Assembly: GCA_963850305.1 (NCBI GenBank)
Contig: CAWKKR010000008.1
Coordinates: 64,001 to 128,000 of the forward strand
Direction: 5' to 3'
DNA length: 64,000 bases
Source of the DNA: an uncultured delta proteobacterium
GTDB lineage: Bacteria; Myxococcota_A; Polyangia; Polyangiales; Polyangiaceae
A program made the position numbers and the translations under genes. Shown piece by piece: positions 1-10,057 of the stretch; the first letter of the stretch is position 1; the number at the start of each line of letters is the position of its first letter. The notes under the pieces were generated by a model. It saw only the letters and a program-made list of their open reading frames with translations. It did not search any database and was not told the DNA's origin.

Positions 1-360
1 ACTGGCGGCTCTGCGAGTGGCTGTGCGAGCGACGTCGAGTGCCGGGTCGCCGGGGTCTGCAACGTCTGCCCCGGAGGAGGCAGCTCGTGCGCAACCGGCC
101 GGTGCGTGAACGGCCAGTGCGAGACGACCTTCCCACCGTGTGCCGGGACGGGGGGTACGTCCGGCGCGGGGGGTACGAGCGCGAGCGGTGGCGCGTCGGC
201 GGGAAATGGCGGAACCGCTGGCACCGGCGGAAGCCCTCCGTGCACGAGCGACACCGAGTGCGCTGCGGGGCTCAAGTGTTGCTACCCGTGCGGCATTCCG
301 GGTTGCCAGAACACGTGCATGAAACCGCTGACGCCGGGGCGGTGCCCGCTCTACCCCTGA
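1..360 (+). CDS. 3' part of a Cys/Gly-rich (probably secreted or lipo-) protein with a C-terminal WAP-like Cys module; 5' end lies outside the window
   Basis: Frame 1 is open from base 1: GCASDVECRVAGVCNVC...GGTSGAGG linker...CTSDTECAAGLKCCYPCGIPGCQNTCMKP; stop at 358-360. Confidence 0.75.
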   Translation, partial: TGGSASGCASDVECRVAGVCNVCPGGGSSCATGRCVNGQCETTFPPCAGTGGTSGAGGTSASGGASAGNGGTAGTGGSPPCTSDTECAAGLKCCYPCGIPGCQNTCMKPLTPGRCPLYP

Positions 361-479
361 CAGAGCGCAACGCGACGAGCCTGCCCAGTGTCGCGGCGTC
401 CCGGTTCACGGGTCGCGGTCGTCTCGGCCCGGACCAGGGCGGTTCGCCGAGCGGTGCGGTTCCCTAGCGCTTTTCGACG

Positions 480-809
480 TCCGCTCGAGGCACAGCTCGC
501 GGACGTTCTCGAACAAGGCGCGTTCGTTCCGCTGAAGTCGATCGCGTCGCTCGTGCAGGGCGGCACTGGAGCGGAAGCAAAGGCGGCTGCGGCTCGGCTC
601 ATCGAGCAGGGAGCTGCGCTCAGGGTCCTCCGCGAAAAGGCCGAGGTGCTCGTTCCGCGGACAGCGCACGTGCTGTCCAAGGACGAGCTCGCCGCGGCGA
701 GGCGGACGTTCGAGTCTCTCGGCAAAGTGCTCACCAAAGTCCTGAAGCAGCGTCACACGTCGATCTTGCGCGCGGATTTGGTCGAGCAGATTCTGGGGGT
801 GCTGCCGCG
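480..809 (+). pseudogene. Fragment of a hypothetical protein, apparently truncated at the junction with the FtsK remnant
   Basis: Protein-like helical stretch LEAQLADVLEQGAFVPLK...LRADLVEQILGVLPRA in ORF 388..1068; after about 810 that frame becomes S/R/P-rich shadow sequence. Confidence 0.45.
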
Positions 810-1460
810 GGCCAAACCGGCAGCGGAAAATCCGTGCTCATTCAATCGATCGTCGCGAGCCTTCTCCAGTTTCATGGCCCCGGCGCGATTCGTTTCACGC
901 TCATCGATCCGAAACGAGTCACCTTCATCGGCGCGGGCTTCCGGACCGCGGTCGCGGCGCACCTCGACGGCCCCATCCGGTTCGACGTCGAAGAAGCCGT
1001 GCCCGTCATCGAACGCCTCGTGGATCTCATGGAGGAGCGTTACCGTCGCTTTCAGGATGCCCAGGTGATGGACGTCGCGGAATACAACGAACAGGTGAGT
1101 GTGCACGAGCGGCTCGAACGTCGCGTGCTCGTCGTCGACGAGTTTCAGGATCTCATCGCCGAGAAAACGTCCGCGCAATCGTTCTTCGCGGGCGTCAAGC
1201 GCCTCGGCGCAAAGGCGCGAGCCGCGGGCATCCACATGATCCTCGCCACCCAGCGGCCCGACCGCGACACCGTCCCCCCAATAGTCAAAGCAAACCTCGG
1301 CGGCCGCATCGCGCTTCAAGTCGGTTCTCAAACGAACTCGCGGATCATTCTGGATCAGGGCGGCGCCGAGACCCTCCTCGGCAAGGGCGATCTCTACGCG
1401 AGCCTCGGCAGAGGCGTCGCTCGCGCCCAGGCGCCGCTGCTCGGCGTCGGAGCGAGCTGA
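810..1460 (+). pseudogene. FtsK/SpoIIIE-family ATPase C-terminal domain, N-terminally truncated
   Basis: Walker A GQTGSGKS at about 810-833, IDPK, Walker B VLVVDEFQDL, ARAAGIHMILATQRP, GAETLLGKGD; no FtsK-like sequence or start codon upstream of Walker A. Confidence 0.8.
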
Positions 1461-1577
1461 GCCGACGCATCGACGACGCGGCGTTCGATGACCTCATTCT
1501 GGCGACGGCGTGAATCCGGGCTTCTGTAATTGCGTTGGCAGCAATTTCTCCGCTGAATCCATTACCGGACAGCCCCT

Positions 1578-2972
1578 TCAGAGCGCAATCCGCGCCTCGA
1601 GAAAGCCGAAGTCGGGATAGAGCCCGAACTCGCTGCGGGGCGCGAGCACCGGGGAGCTCTCCGGCAGGCGCCCCGCAGGGACGTAGACGCCCGCGACCAG
1701 CCGCGTGTTCGCCGCGGCGTCGTACGAGACGGAAACGGACACGAGCCCGCTCGGGTCGAGCGCGTTCGAGAGCACGAGCCCCGTCACGTGGACGAGCGGG
1801 TCCGCCTCCCAGTCGAGAGCCGCCGCGGCGTAGAGCCTGCCGAGCGTGATCTGCTCGCCGACCGCCACGCGCTCGCTCGCGAGAACCGAAAGGTATCCGT
1901 CCGACCCCCGGGCGCCGAAACCGTCGTAATAGATCTCGGGGATGAAGGTGAGATGGCTCGCGGGACGGGCGCTCAGACCGACGAGGGCGCGGGGGACCGC
2001 GGCCTTCCGCCCCACGACGGCGGGCGACCCGAGCGAATCGCTCCGGAGCCATGTGGCCGTCACCTCTCCGTAGAGGTCGAGCGACGGGAACGACCAGAGC
2101 GCACCCCATCCCGCGACGACGTCGTTGCGCACCAGACCGACGATGCCTGAGAACTCGCCCCGATCGAAGGTCTGGGCCGCCGTGAGCACGAACGACGACC
2201 CGCGCGACTCGCTCGAGAAGTCGTGGTGCGGACGCCGCTCCCCGATCGCCGCGACGAGATCGACGGTCGTCCCGGTCGCTGGGCTGATGGACACGCGGGC
2301 GGCGTCGACGCCCGGCTTGTACTCGGTGTCGACCTGGGTGAGCGCGAAGGTGCTCACGAGGTCCCACGGCCGGAAGAGACGGCCGCGCCCGAGCGTGACG
2401 GGCTGACGCCCGATTGTCACCGTGACGGGTCCCTGGGCCCACGCCGCATACGCCCAGTCCGCCTCCGTGGCGAGCGAGAGCGTCGGCTCGCTGGCGAAGT
2501 CCGCGCGGAGCGGCAAGAAGCGCGGCGGCGTCGCCCCACGCCCGAGCGAGAGGGGGCCGAGGAGGGCGTCCGAGCGGACCGTGCTCGTCGTGCTCTCGTG
2601 CCAGACGAGCCGGAGATGCGTGCCGCGGTACGAGAAGTACGTCCGGAGATCCTCCACGTTCAGCGCCGAAGGATCGGCGTCCTCCGGCGAGTACGGCGGG
2701 GCGAGCGTCGGGCCCGCGAGCACGAAGCCGAAGCTCTTCGCGACAAGGCCGACCTCGGTGCCCGTGTCCGCGAGTTCGTCCTGGGAGAGCACGACGGCGC
2801 CCGCGGGAAGGGTCCGGAGCGACAGAGCGACGAGCGCGGCGATGGCGACGGGCACCGCGGGCAGGTGCCAGCGCCGTCCCGAGAGCCGCTGGGCGCGGGA
2901 CGGCGCGATGCGCCGCACCTCCCGCTCACGGAGCACGGCTTCCCCGTCGCTCGTCGCTCGCGATGCGCCCAT
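1578..2972 (-). CDS. Putative outer-membrane beta-barrel protein, last gene of the Lol-like ABC operon (start uncertain, possibly 2936)
   Basis: Signal-peptide-like segment, GRQPVTLGRGRLFRPWD and EYKPGVDAAR motifs, alternating beta-strand pattern, overlaps the ABC ATPase stop. Confidence 0.7.
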   Translation of the reverse strand: MGASRATSDGEAVLREREVRRIAPSRAQRLSGRRWHLPAVPVAIAALVALSLRTLPAGAVVLSQDELADTGTEVGLVAKSFGFVLAGPTLAPPYSPEDADPSALNVEDLRTYFSYRGTHLRLVWHESTTSTVRSDALLGPLSLGRGATPPRFLPLRADFASEPTLSLATEADWAYAAWAQGPVTVTIGRQPVTLGRGRLFRPWDLVSTFALTQVDTEYKPGVDAARVSISPATGTTVDLVAAIGERRPHHDFSSESRGSSFVLTAAQTFDRGEFSGIVGLVRNDVVAGWGALWSFPSLDLYGEVTATWLRSDSLGSPAVVGRKAAVPRALVGLSARPASHLTFIPEIYYDGFGARGSDGYLSVLASERVAVGEQITLGRLYAAAALDWEADPLVHVTGLVLSNALDPSGLVSVSVSYDAAANTRLVAGVYVPAGRLPESSPVLAPRSEFGLYPDFGFLEARIAL

Positions 2973-3630
2973 CCTCGAGCATCACGACGCGGTCGGCGCG
3001 CTCGATCACGCGACCGTCGTGGGACGAGATCAGGAACGTCACGGAGCGCTCCGTGTTCAGGCGCTTCATCAGGTTGATCAGCTCGAGCGCGGCGTGGGAG
3101 TCCAGGTTCGCCGTCGGCTCGTCGGCCAGCACCAGATCGGGCGTCGCCGCGATCGCGCGGGCGACGGCCACGCGCTGCTGCTGGCCGCCTGAGAGCTGCG
3201 CCGGTCGCCGGTCCTCGAGGCCCGTGAGCCCCACGGACGCGAGGACCTCGTCGACCCGTGCCCTTCGGTCGTCTGCCGGCACTCCCTGGAGGAGCAGCAC
3301 ATACTCCGCGTTCTCGCGCGCCGTGAGGACGGGGATCAGGTTGTACGCCTGGAACACGAAGCCGATGTGGCGGAGCCGGAGCTCGGAGCGCTCGTGCTCG
3401 CCGAGCACCGAGACGTCCCGGCCGCCGACGAGCACGCGCCCGCGCGTTGGGCGGTCGAGCGCGCCGATGACGTTGAGGAGCGTCGTCTTTCCCGAGCCGG
3501 ACGGCCCCGCGAGCACGGCGAAGTCGGCCCGCTCGACGCCGAGCGTGACGTCCTGGAGCGCGTGCACGTCGATGCTGCCCTGGCGGTAGGTCTTGTCGAC
3601 GCCTTCGACCTTCACGATGAGCTCAGACAT
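2926..3630 (-). CDS. ABC transporter ATP-binding protein, LolD/MacB-like
   Basis: GPSGSGKT, LSGGQQQRVAVARA, LADEPTANLDS. Confidence 0.95.
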   Translation of the reverse strand: MSELIVKVEGVDKTYRQGSIDVHALQDVTLGVERADFAVLAGPSGSGKTTLLNVIGALDRPTRGRVLVGGRDVSVLGEHERSELRLRHIGFVFQAYNLIPVLTARENAEYVLLLQGVPADDRRARVDEVLASVGLTGLEDRRPAQLSGGQQQRVAVARAIAATPDLVLADEPTANLDSHAALELINLMKRLNTERSVTFLISSHDGRVIERADRVVMLEDGRIASDERRGSRAP

Positions 3631-4880
3631 GGTGCATGGCCTCCACGGGCTCGAGACGGGTGACGCGCAGCGCGGGGTAGAGCGCAGAACAGAGCACGAC
3701 CACGCCCACGACGACGGCCCACGCGGCGACCGTCCCCGGCGTCAGCACCGAGTACACGCGCCCCGTCCAGACCACCCCCGCGAACGACAGATCGGACGTC
3801 CACTGCGTGAGATCGATCCCACGGGCGGCGATGAGCGCCGACAGCGACAGACCGACCGCGAGCCCGGCGGTGACGGAGACCAGCGCCAGGATCACGGCCT
3901 CGGCGAGGATCTGGAAAGCGAGCCGCCTGGCCGACGTGCCGATGGCCATCATCACGCCGAACTCGCGCGTCCGCTCGGTGACGCTCATCAGCACGGTGTT
4001 GAAGATGCCGAGCGCGACGACCAAAAACACGATGGCCATCATCAGGTACATCCCGGCGTCGTCCAGGACGATGGCTTCGTGCAGCTCGTGCAGCGCCACC
4101 TGCCACGGGACGACCGCGAGCACTGGACGATCCGCGAGCGCGGCGCGCACCTCGGCGGCGACGGCCTCCGTGTGCGGGAGGTCCGCGAGCACCGCCACCT
4201 CCGTGGCCGCTCCGGCGAGGCCGGTGAGCTGCTGCGCCGCGGCGATCGGGATCTCGGCGTACCCAGAGTCGACCTCATCGACGCCGGTTCGCAGGATCCC
4301 GCGAACGAGGAACGCGCCGGACGCGGGCTCGGCGTCGCCGGGCGGCGACAGCGTGAGGACGACGCGATCTCCCAGGCCCACATGCAGGAGCTCGGCAAGC
4401 GTCTTGCCCAGATAGACGTCGGGAGGCACCCCCGGAAACGGCATCTGGCTCGCAGAGCGGAGATACTCGCCGGCGACCCGCATTTTGGCCCCGGCGAGGT
4501 CCGATGCAAGGACCTCGCGCACGGGCTCGACGCCGGACACGGCGACCGGAGCGCTGTGCTCGCCCGCAGAGAGGAGCCCGCTCGTGCGGAGGCGCACCGC
4601 GACGTGGTGCACGAACGGCAGACGCTGCGATCCGCCGCGCGACTGCGTCGGCGTCGGGCACGATATCATCCAGCGTCTGCGCATCGCGGTAGCCTCTGGC
4701 CTCGACGAGGACGTGCCCGTAGCCCATCCGGATGCCGAGCTCGGCCATCCGGGCGTGCAGATCGTCGGCGATGCCGACGAATACCAGGAGCATCGCGAGC
4801 CCGATGGCCACCGCCGCCGACGTGATCGCCGAGCGGAAGCCGTGCCGCGCGAAGGAACGGAGCGCCATCTTCCAGGTCAT
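3623..4880 (-). CDS. ABC transporter permease, FtsX/LolE-like (one +1 frameshift near 4622)
   Basis: MTWKMALRSFARHGFRS N-terminus in one frame; GIFNTVLMSVTERTREFGVMMAIG and YPALRVTRLEPVEAM in the next; removing one base rejoins them as IAALPFVHHV. Confidence 0.9.
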
Positions 4881-4890
4881 CGGGACTTTC

Positions 4891-6394
4891 TCACGTCTCG
4901 CGCATCCCGATGGCCGGCGGCAAGCGCGCGGCTCGGGCCGCGGGATAAATCGCAGCCACCACGCAGACCACGGCGAGGACAACGACCGGCTCGAGGACGC
5001 CGGAGACGGTGATGGCTCCCCGCACGACGGGGTCCATGCCGACGCCGGCGAACGAGATGCCCGAGGTGAGGAGCCGGAGATCGATCCCGTGCTCCACCAG
5101 GAACAGATCGAGACCGATCCCGACGACCACGCCGACGATCGCACCTCCGATCGACAGGAGCACGGCCTCAGCCACGACCATGGCGAAGATCCGCCCCGCG
5201 GACATGCCGATCGCCTTGAGCACGCCGAGCTCGCGGGTCCGCTCGAGCACCGCCATGAGCATGGTGTTCACGACGCCGAGCGACGCCACGACGAACACGA
5301 TGACCGCGAGCAGGCTGCTGCCGGCGCGGTTCAGGTCGAGCATCCGGACCATGTCGGGGCGGAGTTCGCTCCAGGCGCGCACATCGAGCCGACCCGACAG
5401 CTCGTGGTCGAGCCGGTGCGCGGCCTCCGGCGCATCGTCGGGCGAGCGCGTGAGCGCCGCGATCTCGTGGATGCCCGAGTCGAGGTGGACGAGCCGCTCG
5501 GAGATCGACGTAGTGGAGGTACACGCGACTCCGGTCGTACGTCGTCGTGCCCGTCTCGAAGATGCCGCGCACGGTCGCGCGAACTCCCTCGGCCGCGCCG
5601 TCCGCGGACTCGGTCGAGAGGTAGAGGGCGTCGCCCACGCGCAAGCCGAGCACGCGCGCGAGGCTCCGGCCGAGGACGACGTCGGGCGGCCTCGACGGCC
5701 GCGGCGAGACGGCGAGCGCGAGATCGCGCGCCGCGCGGGCGTCCGCGACCGGCAGCGACTCGGCGGGCGCAGTCCCTCGGGATCGCGCCGCCCCGTCCGG
5801 TGCGGCGCGATTTGGCGTAGCCGCGCTCGCCGCCGCGGCGGCGGTCGAGGGGCGCGTCTCGAGGGCGTCGATCTCGTCCTCCGCGGCCTCGGTCTCGTCG
5901 CGCGTGAGCCGCGCGTCGAGCGCCTGCTCCAGATCCGAAAGCGGCCGCGGGCGGGGCCACGGCGTCGGCGCGAACGCGAGGAACCGTCCTTCGACCAGGC
6001 GACGGTCGAGCTCGGTGACGCGGGCCTCCGCCGCGGGGTCCACGCCGACCAGGATCACACCGCTCGAGTGTGCCCCCGCGGCGGCCAGGGCCGCCGCGTA
6101 CACGCGGGGCGCCGCCGCGGTGACGAGCGGATCGGCGCGGACGCGGGCGAGGACCCGTTCAGCGTCCGGGATGGTCCCGGTGAGATCGTGTCGCTGCACC
6201 CACCCCTGCGCGTGCACCTGCAGGTACCCGAGATCGTATCGCGTGAGGGAGTGCACGAGCTGCACGTTCATCCCGTCCGAGAGACCGTAGTAAGCGATGG
6301 AGAGGGCCGCACCGAGTGCGAGCGCGAGACCGGTCACGATCGTGCGACGAACGTTCCGCCCGAGGTTTCGCATGGCGAGCTTGGGGATGAGCAC
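4891..6394 (-). CDS. ABC transporter permease, FtsX/LolE-like (one +1 frameshift near 5500)
   Basis: MLIPKLAMRNLGRNVRRT N-terminus; NTMLMAVLERTRELGVLKAIG and YPAARAARLPP C-terminus; rejoins as DLERLVHLDSGIHEI. Confidence 0.9.
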
Positions 6395-6402
6395 CGCTGG
6401 CC

Positions 6403-7218
6403 TCAGTGGAGCGCTTGCTCGGTGAACTTGGACGCCGGGATGTCCACGTCGAAGCGAAGCTTGTCATACGTGAGGCGCGTGTACTCGCCGGGCTTGCTCG
6501 CGACCGTGACCTCCATCTCCGTCGGAACCAGCCGCCCACCGAGCTCCCTCACCGCCGAGAAGGTCATCACGCGGGCGGGCGCCGAGTCTCCGGCGCGCGT
6601 GTAGTACTCGGAGCGCACGGGCACGACCGCGTCGGCCCGCACCCAGAGCTCGAACTCGATGCGCCCCCAGACCACTGGCGCCGTGGGCCTGGGCAGCAGG
6701 CGCACGCGATCGAACACGGCCCGATCGCCGAGCTCCGTCGTCCCCTGGTGGCTCGCCTCGAGCGTCGGGGTGTAGTCGACCGCGAGCTCCGTCTCTTTCA
6801 CCAGGTCGTCGTTCGAGAAGTGGCTCCCCATCCAGCTGTCGCCGAGCATCGAGCTGCCGACGGTCTGAACGTGGTTGGTCTTCGGGTCGTAAAACTCGAG
6901 CTCGCCGCCGACCCGCAGCGTAGCGTAGCCGCGGAACGACGTCGGCCCGAGGATCTTCACGAGCGTCCTGTCGACCTTGCCCGACGAGTCGTCCCAGATG
7001 ACCATCTCGTAACTGCGCTCGAAGGTCCTGGTCTTCACGTCCATGTGGACGACGGCAGCGCTCGTGTTGCCGCGAAGCACGCGGTCCGCGCGCCGGACCA
7101 GCTCGTCGATCGACTCGGCGCGAGCGGGCATCGAGAGCGAGAGCACCGCGAGGCATACCGGTAGGAGGCGCGACGGAAGGGATGGGGAGAAATGCTCCGA
7201 ATGCTCGAGTGCTTTCAT
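6403..7218 (-). CDS. Outer-membrane lipoprotein-sorting (LolA-like) protein
   Basis: Signal peptide ending ARA-E, SWMGSHFSNDDL motif, C-terminal FDVDIPASKFTEQAL; first gene of the ABC operon. Confidence 0.85.
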   Translation of the reverse strand: MKALEHSEHFSPSLPSRLLPVCLAVLSLSMPARAESIDELVRRADRVLRGNTSAAVVHMDVKTRTFERSYEMVIWDDSSGKVDRTLVKILGPTSFRGYATLRVGGELEFYDPKTNHVQTVGSSMLGDSWMGSHFSNDDLVKETELAVDYTPTLEASHQGTTELGDRAVFDRVRLLPRPTAPVVWGRIEFELWVRADAVVPVRSEYYTRAGDSAPARVMTFSAVRELGGRLVPTEMEVTVASKPGEYTRLTYDKLRFDVDIPASKFTEQALH

Positions 7219-7447
7219 CGTTCCGTTTTTTCCTTCCGGCGTCGGGTTCGGGGGAGGACGGGCGGGTCCGGCGATGCTGCTCCCCAAACGGCAGCGAGCG
7301 TCCTCAATCTATACTGAAAATCCCCGGCTCTGACGGCCGGGGCCGTCGTCGGACGGCGGGGAGCGGCGGGTCGACGAACGGGGACGGGGTTGGCGGGGGT
7401 TTCGCCATTTTCCCCCACCCCCGAAGCTTCGGATAAACTCCGAAGAC

Positions 7448-7888
7448 ATGAAGTGGGTGGTCCTGACTGGGGCATTTGGAGGGGCGCTACTGTTTGCGTC
7501 CTGGTCGTTCGCGCAATCGGGCTTCACGGCGAGCCGCGCGAGCACCCAGGCATTGCCGGAAGCAAGCCCGGAAGACCTCGACTTCGACCAAACCGTTGCG
7601 CGCGAAGAGAAGCTCATCGCATTCACGCGCCGGCTCGCCGCCGAGCAAGAAGCGAGAGAATCGCAGGAGTTCGAGTCGAGCGTGGCGCGGTACGTGAAGC
7701 TCGCGGATTTCATGCGCCGCTTGGAGAAGGAACGCGAAGAGCAAGCCGCCGCGGATTTCGAGACGAAGCTCGCGTTGTCGGCGCGCGTGCAGCACTTCAT
7801 GCAGAAACTCGTCGATCGGGATTTGCACCAAACGCTCGCGCCGGAACCCATGGAGTGGATCCGGACGCGACCCGCGCCGTCACGCTGA
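7448..7888 (+). CDS. Hypothetical exported helical protein
   Basis: N-terminal signal peptide MKWVVLTGAFGGALLFASWSFA; three loosely repeated E/D-F-E/D...F..RL helices. Confidence 0.7.
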   Translation: MKWVVLTGAFGGALLFASWSFAQSGFTASRASTQALPEASPEDLDFDQTVAREEKLIAFTRRLAAEQEARESQEFESSVARYVKLADFMRRLEKEREEQAAADFETKLALSARVQHFMQKLVDRDLHQTLAPEPMEWIRTRPAPSR

Positions 7889-7995
7889 GACGCGACAGCC
7901 ACGCTGTTCCGCTTGGCCGGACAGCTCGAGCAAGCACGGCCCTGGGCCGACAGAAAGCCGCCGAACGCGTGAGCGGTCACGGTACCGCGTGAAGC

Positions 7996-8163
7996 GCTCC
8001 TCGACGCTCGAGACGTGCTCCTCGACGCCGACGGACGCGTCCTCGACGCTCGAGACGTGCCCCTCGACGCTCGAGACGTGCCTCTCGACGCTCGAGACGT
8101 GCCTCTCGACGCTCGAGACGTGCTCCTCGACGCCGACGGACGCGTCCTCGACGTTCGAGACGT
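7996..8163. repeat. Eight tandem 21-bp units (consensus GCNCCTCGACGCTCGAGACGT)
   Basis: Read directly; units start at 7996, 8017, 8038, 8059, 8080, 8101, 8122 and 8143; units 2 and 7 share the variant GCTCCTCGACGCCGACGGACG. Confidence 0.95.
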
Positions 8164-8423
8164 GCTGCCGTGAATGGGACGCGGAGCGGCAGCGCGTCCT
8201 CACGGCGATCCAGGACTACACGACGAGCCCGCCCGAGATACGCGTAACCGAAGCGAAAGGGTCCTGTCTGAGGTCGGAAGGGCGTGGGATCGGTTGTCGC
8301 TCAGTGCTCCTCGAACAGCCCCATCTGCCCGGACCGCGCGGCGTGGGGGCTCGGTGGGTTCGCCGAGGTGCCGGAGGAGGGGGCGATAGTGCGATGGGCC
8401 TCGACGCGCGAGGGTGGGGCCCT

Positions 8424-9899
8424 TTACGCGCTCTGGCGCGGGTCCTCGACACGCCCCATGAACAGAACGGTTCCGCTCTTCGTGTCGCGGACGAGAAAGA
8501 GGAACGGACGATCGATGACGACTGCGGGGGGAGGCGCCTGGATGCTGCCCCCAAGCAATCCGCCCGTGATTGCCGTCGACGCGGCGGCAACGGTGCCCTG
8601 CTCGTCGACCTGGACGAGCGCCTGATGGATCACCTTGCTCACCGAGAGATCCTCCTGCCCGTCCATCGCGGAGAAATCGGCGGCGCCCGGCTCGAAGGCG
8701 TCGGTGACGCCCAGGCCCGCGAGCACGTCGTTCAGCACGAGGCGCGTCGTGAACGAGAACTTGGGAATGTAGACGGCCTCGCTGCCGAAGAACGGCGGCG
8801 TGATCGACGCGAGCGCGGTGGTGAGCGTGTCCGGTGTGAGGGCCGCTTCGAGCGACGCGAGGGACGTTGCCGGCAGCAAGAAGTCCATCGCGATCGCGCG
8901 ACCCTTGTATGCAATCTCGTACGCGGTGAATTCCGAGCCCGCGCCTTGGGCGACCACCATCGTTCCGTTCATCGTCGGCACGCTCACCTGAGTGCCGTCG
9001 CCGAGCGTGAACGGCCTCGGTTCGGTGTTCTTCGGGTCGAACCCCGTATCCCACGCACCCTTGAAGTAGACCGCGTTCACGATGATGAAGCGCGTCTTTG
9101 GCGTGAGGTCGCCTGCCTGAAGTAGCGTCGGGATCTTGCCCCACGTCTCGGTCGAAACCCACTGATTCACCGCCTGCGCCGCGCCGGCCGCGTCGCCGAC
9201 GAAATCGGCTTGGCGCAGCGGTGCTCCGAACCCTCCGGCGAGCGTCGAGAGGAAGCTCAGCTCGAAGGGCCACCCGGACTGTCCCCAAAGCGAATTCGCG
9301 AGCGAGAGCCGATTGCCGCCCGCAGCGCCGTCTCGCTCAATCGCGCAAGCAAGCGCCGCATAGGCCGGCGCGTCGTGCGCGCTGGCGAGATGCAGCGCGG
9401 TCTGGATCTGCGTCGCGGTGTTGCCGGCAGCCCCGACGTCGAGCATGTCGAGCGCCGCGAACACCCCAAACGGCGACACGACCGCGTTCTGTCCGGCACC
9501 GGCCGCGGTGACCGACGGCGAGTATAGAGATACCGCGAAGGCCGTGCTGGACGACACGAAGCTCTCCACGTCGGCCGCGCTGCCCTGCGGCGCCGCGCAT
9601 GCGGGCATCGTCAGACCAGCGTCGCCAACACCGTCGGGAGTGAGCACGGTCCCTCGAGCGCCCACGTCCCTCTCTCCGGCGCTCGCGTCGCGAAGCGTCG
9701 CGTCGATGTTCGCGTCTGCGCCGCTCTCCGGGCGCACTGCGCTCGCGTCCAGGTGCCGGACGACGGCATTCGCGCCGGTTCGACGTTCCATGCCGCGGAC
9801 GAGGCCGCGGTCGCGGCAGCTCGTGAGCGCCACGACAATCGCGTAGGCCATTGCTCCCCAAACGGCGTCGGTGCGCGCCCACATACGCGAATCAGTCAC
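8424..9899 (-). CDS. Serpin-family protease inhibitor, probable lipoprotein (start uncertain, 9851-9899)
   Basis: SPFGV, NAVYFKGAW, hinge VDEQGTVAAASTA, signature IDRPFLFLVRD...LFMGRV; lipobox-like ALTSC. Confidence 0.93.
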   Translation of the reverse strand: MTDSRMWARTDAVWGAMAYAIVVALTSCRDRGLVRGMERRTGANAVVRHLDASAVRPESGADANIDATLRDASAGERDVGARGTVLTPDGVGDAGLTMPACAAPQGSAADVESFVSSSTAFAVSLYSPSVTAAGAGQNAVVSPFGVFAALDMLDVGAAGNTATQIQTALHLASAHDAPAYAALACAIERDGAAGGNRLSLANSLWGQSGWPFELSFLSTLAGGFGAPLRQADFVGDAAGAAQAVNQWVSTETWGKIPTLLQAGDLTPKTRFIIVNAVYFKGAWDTGFDPKNTEPRPFTLGDGTQVSVPTMNGTMVVAQGAGSEFTAYEIAYKGRAIAMDFLLPATSLASLEAALTPDTLTTALASITPPFFGSEAVYIPKFSFTTRLVLNDVLAGLGVTDAFEPGAADFSAMDGQEDLSVSKVIHQALVQVDEQGTVAAASTAITGGLLGGSIQAPPPAVVIDRPFLFLVRDTKSGTVLFMGRVEDPRQSA

Positions 9900-10057
9900 C
9901 GCGCGAGGGGGGCATCAGGCTCGTTTCTGCCCGCAGCTTGCTGACGCAGGAGCGGGCGAAGGCGCGCGTGTCCTTTTCGTCCTCGGCGCCTGGGCGCGTC
10001 GGGTAGTCGCCAAACCTCCTTCGGGCCCGCTTCGGTCGCACGCGTCGGCGACCCGAG

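Noticed and set aside
7996..8163. Possible CRISPR array
   Set aside because: The units are contiguous with no unique spacers, and there are no cas genes in the window.
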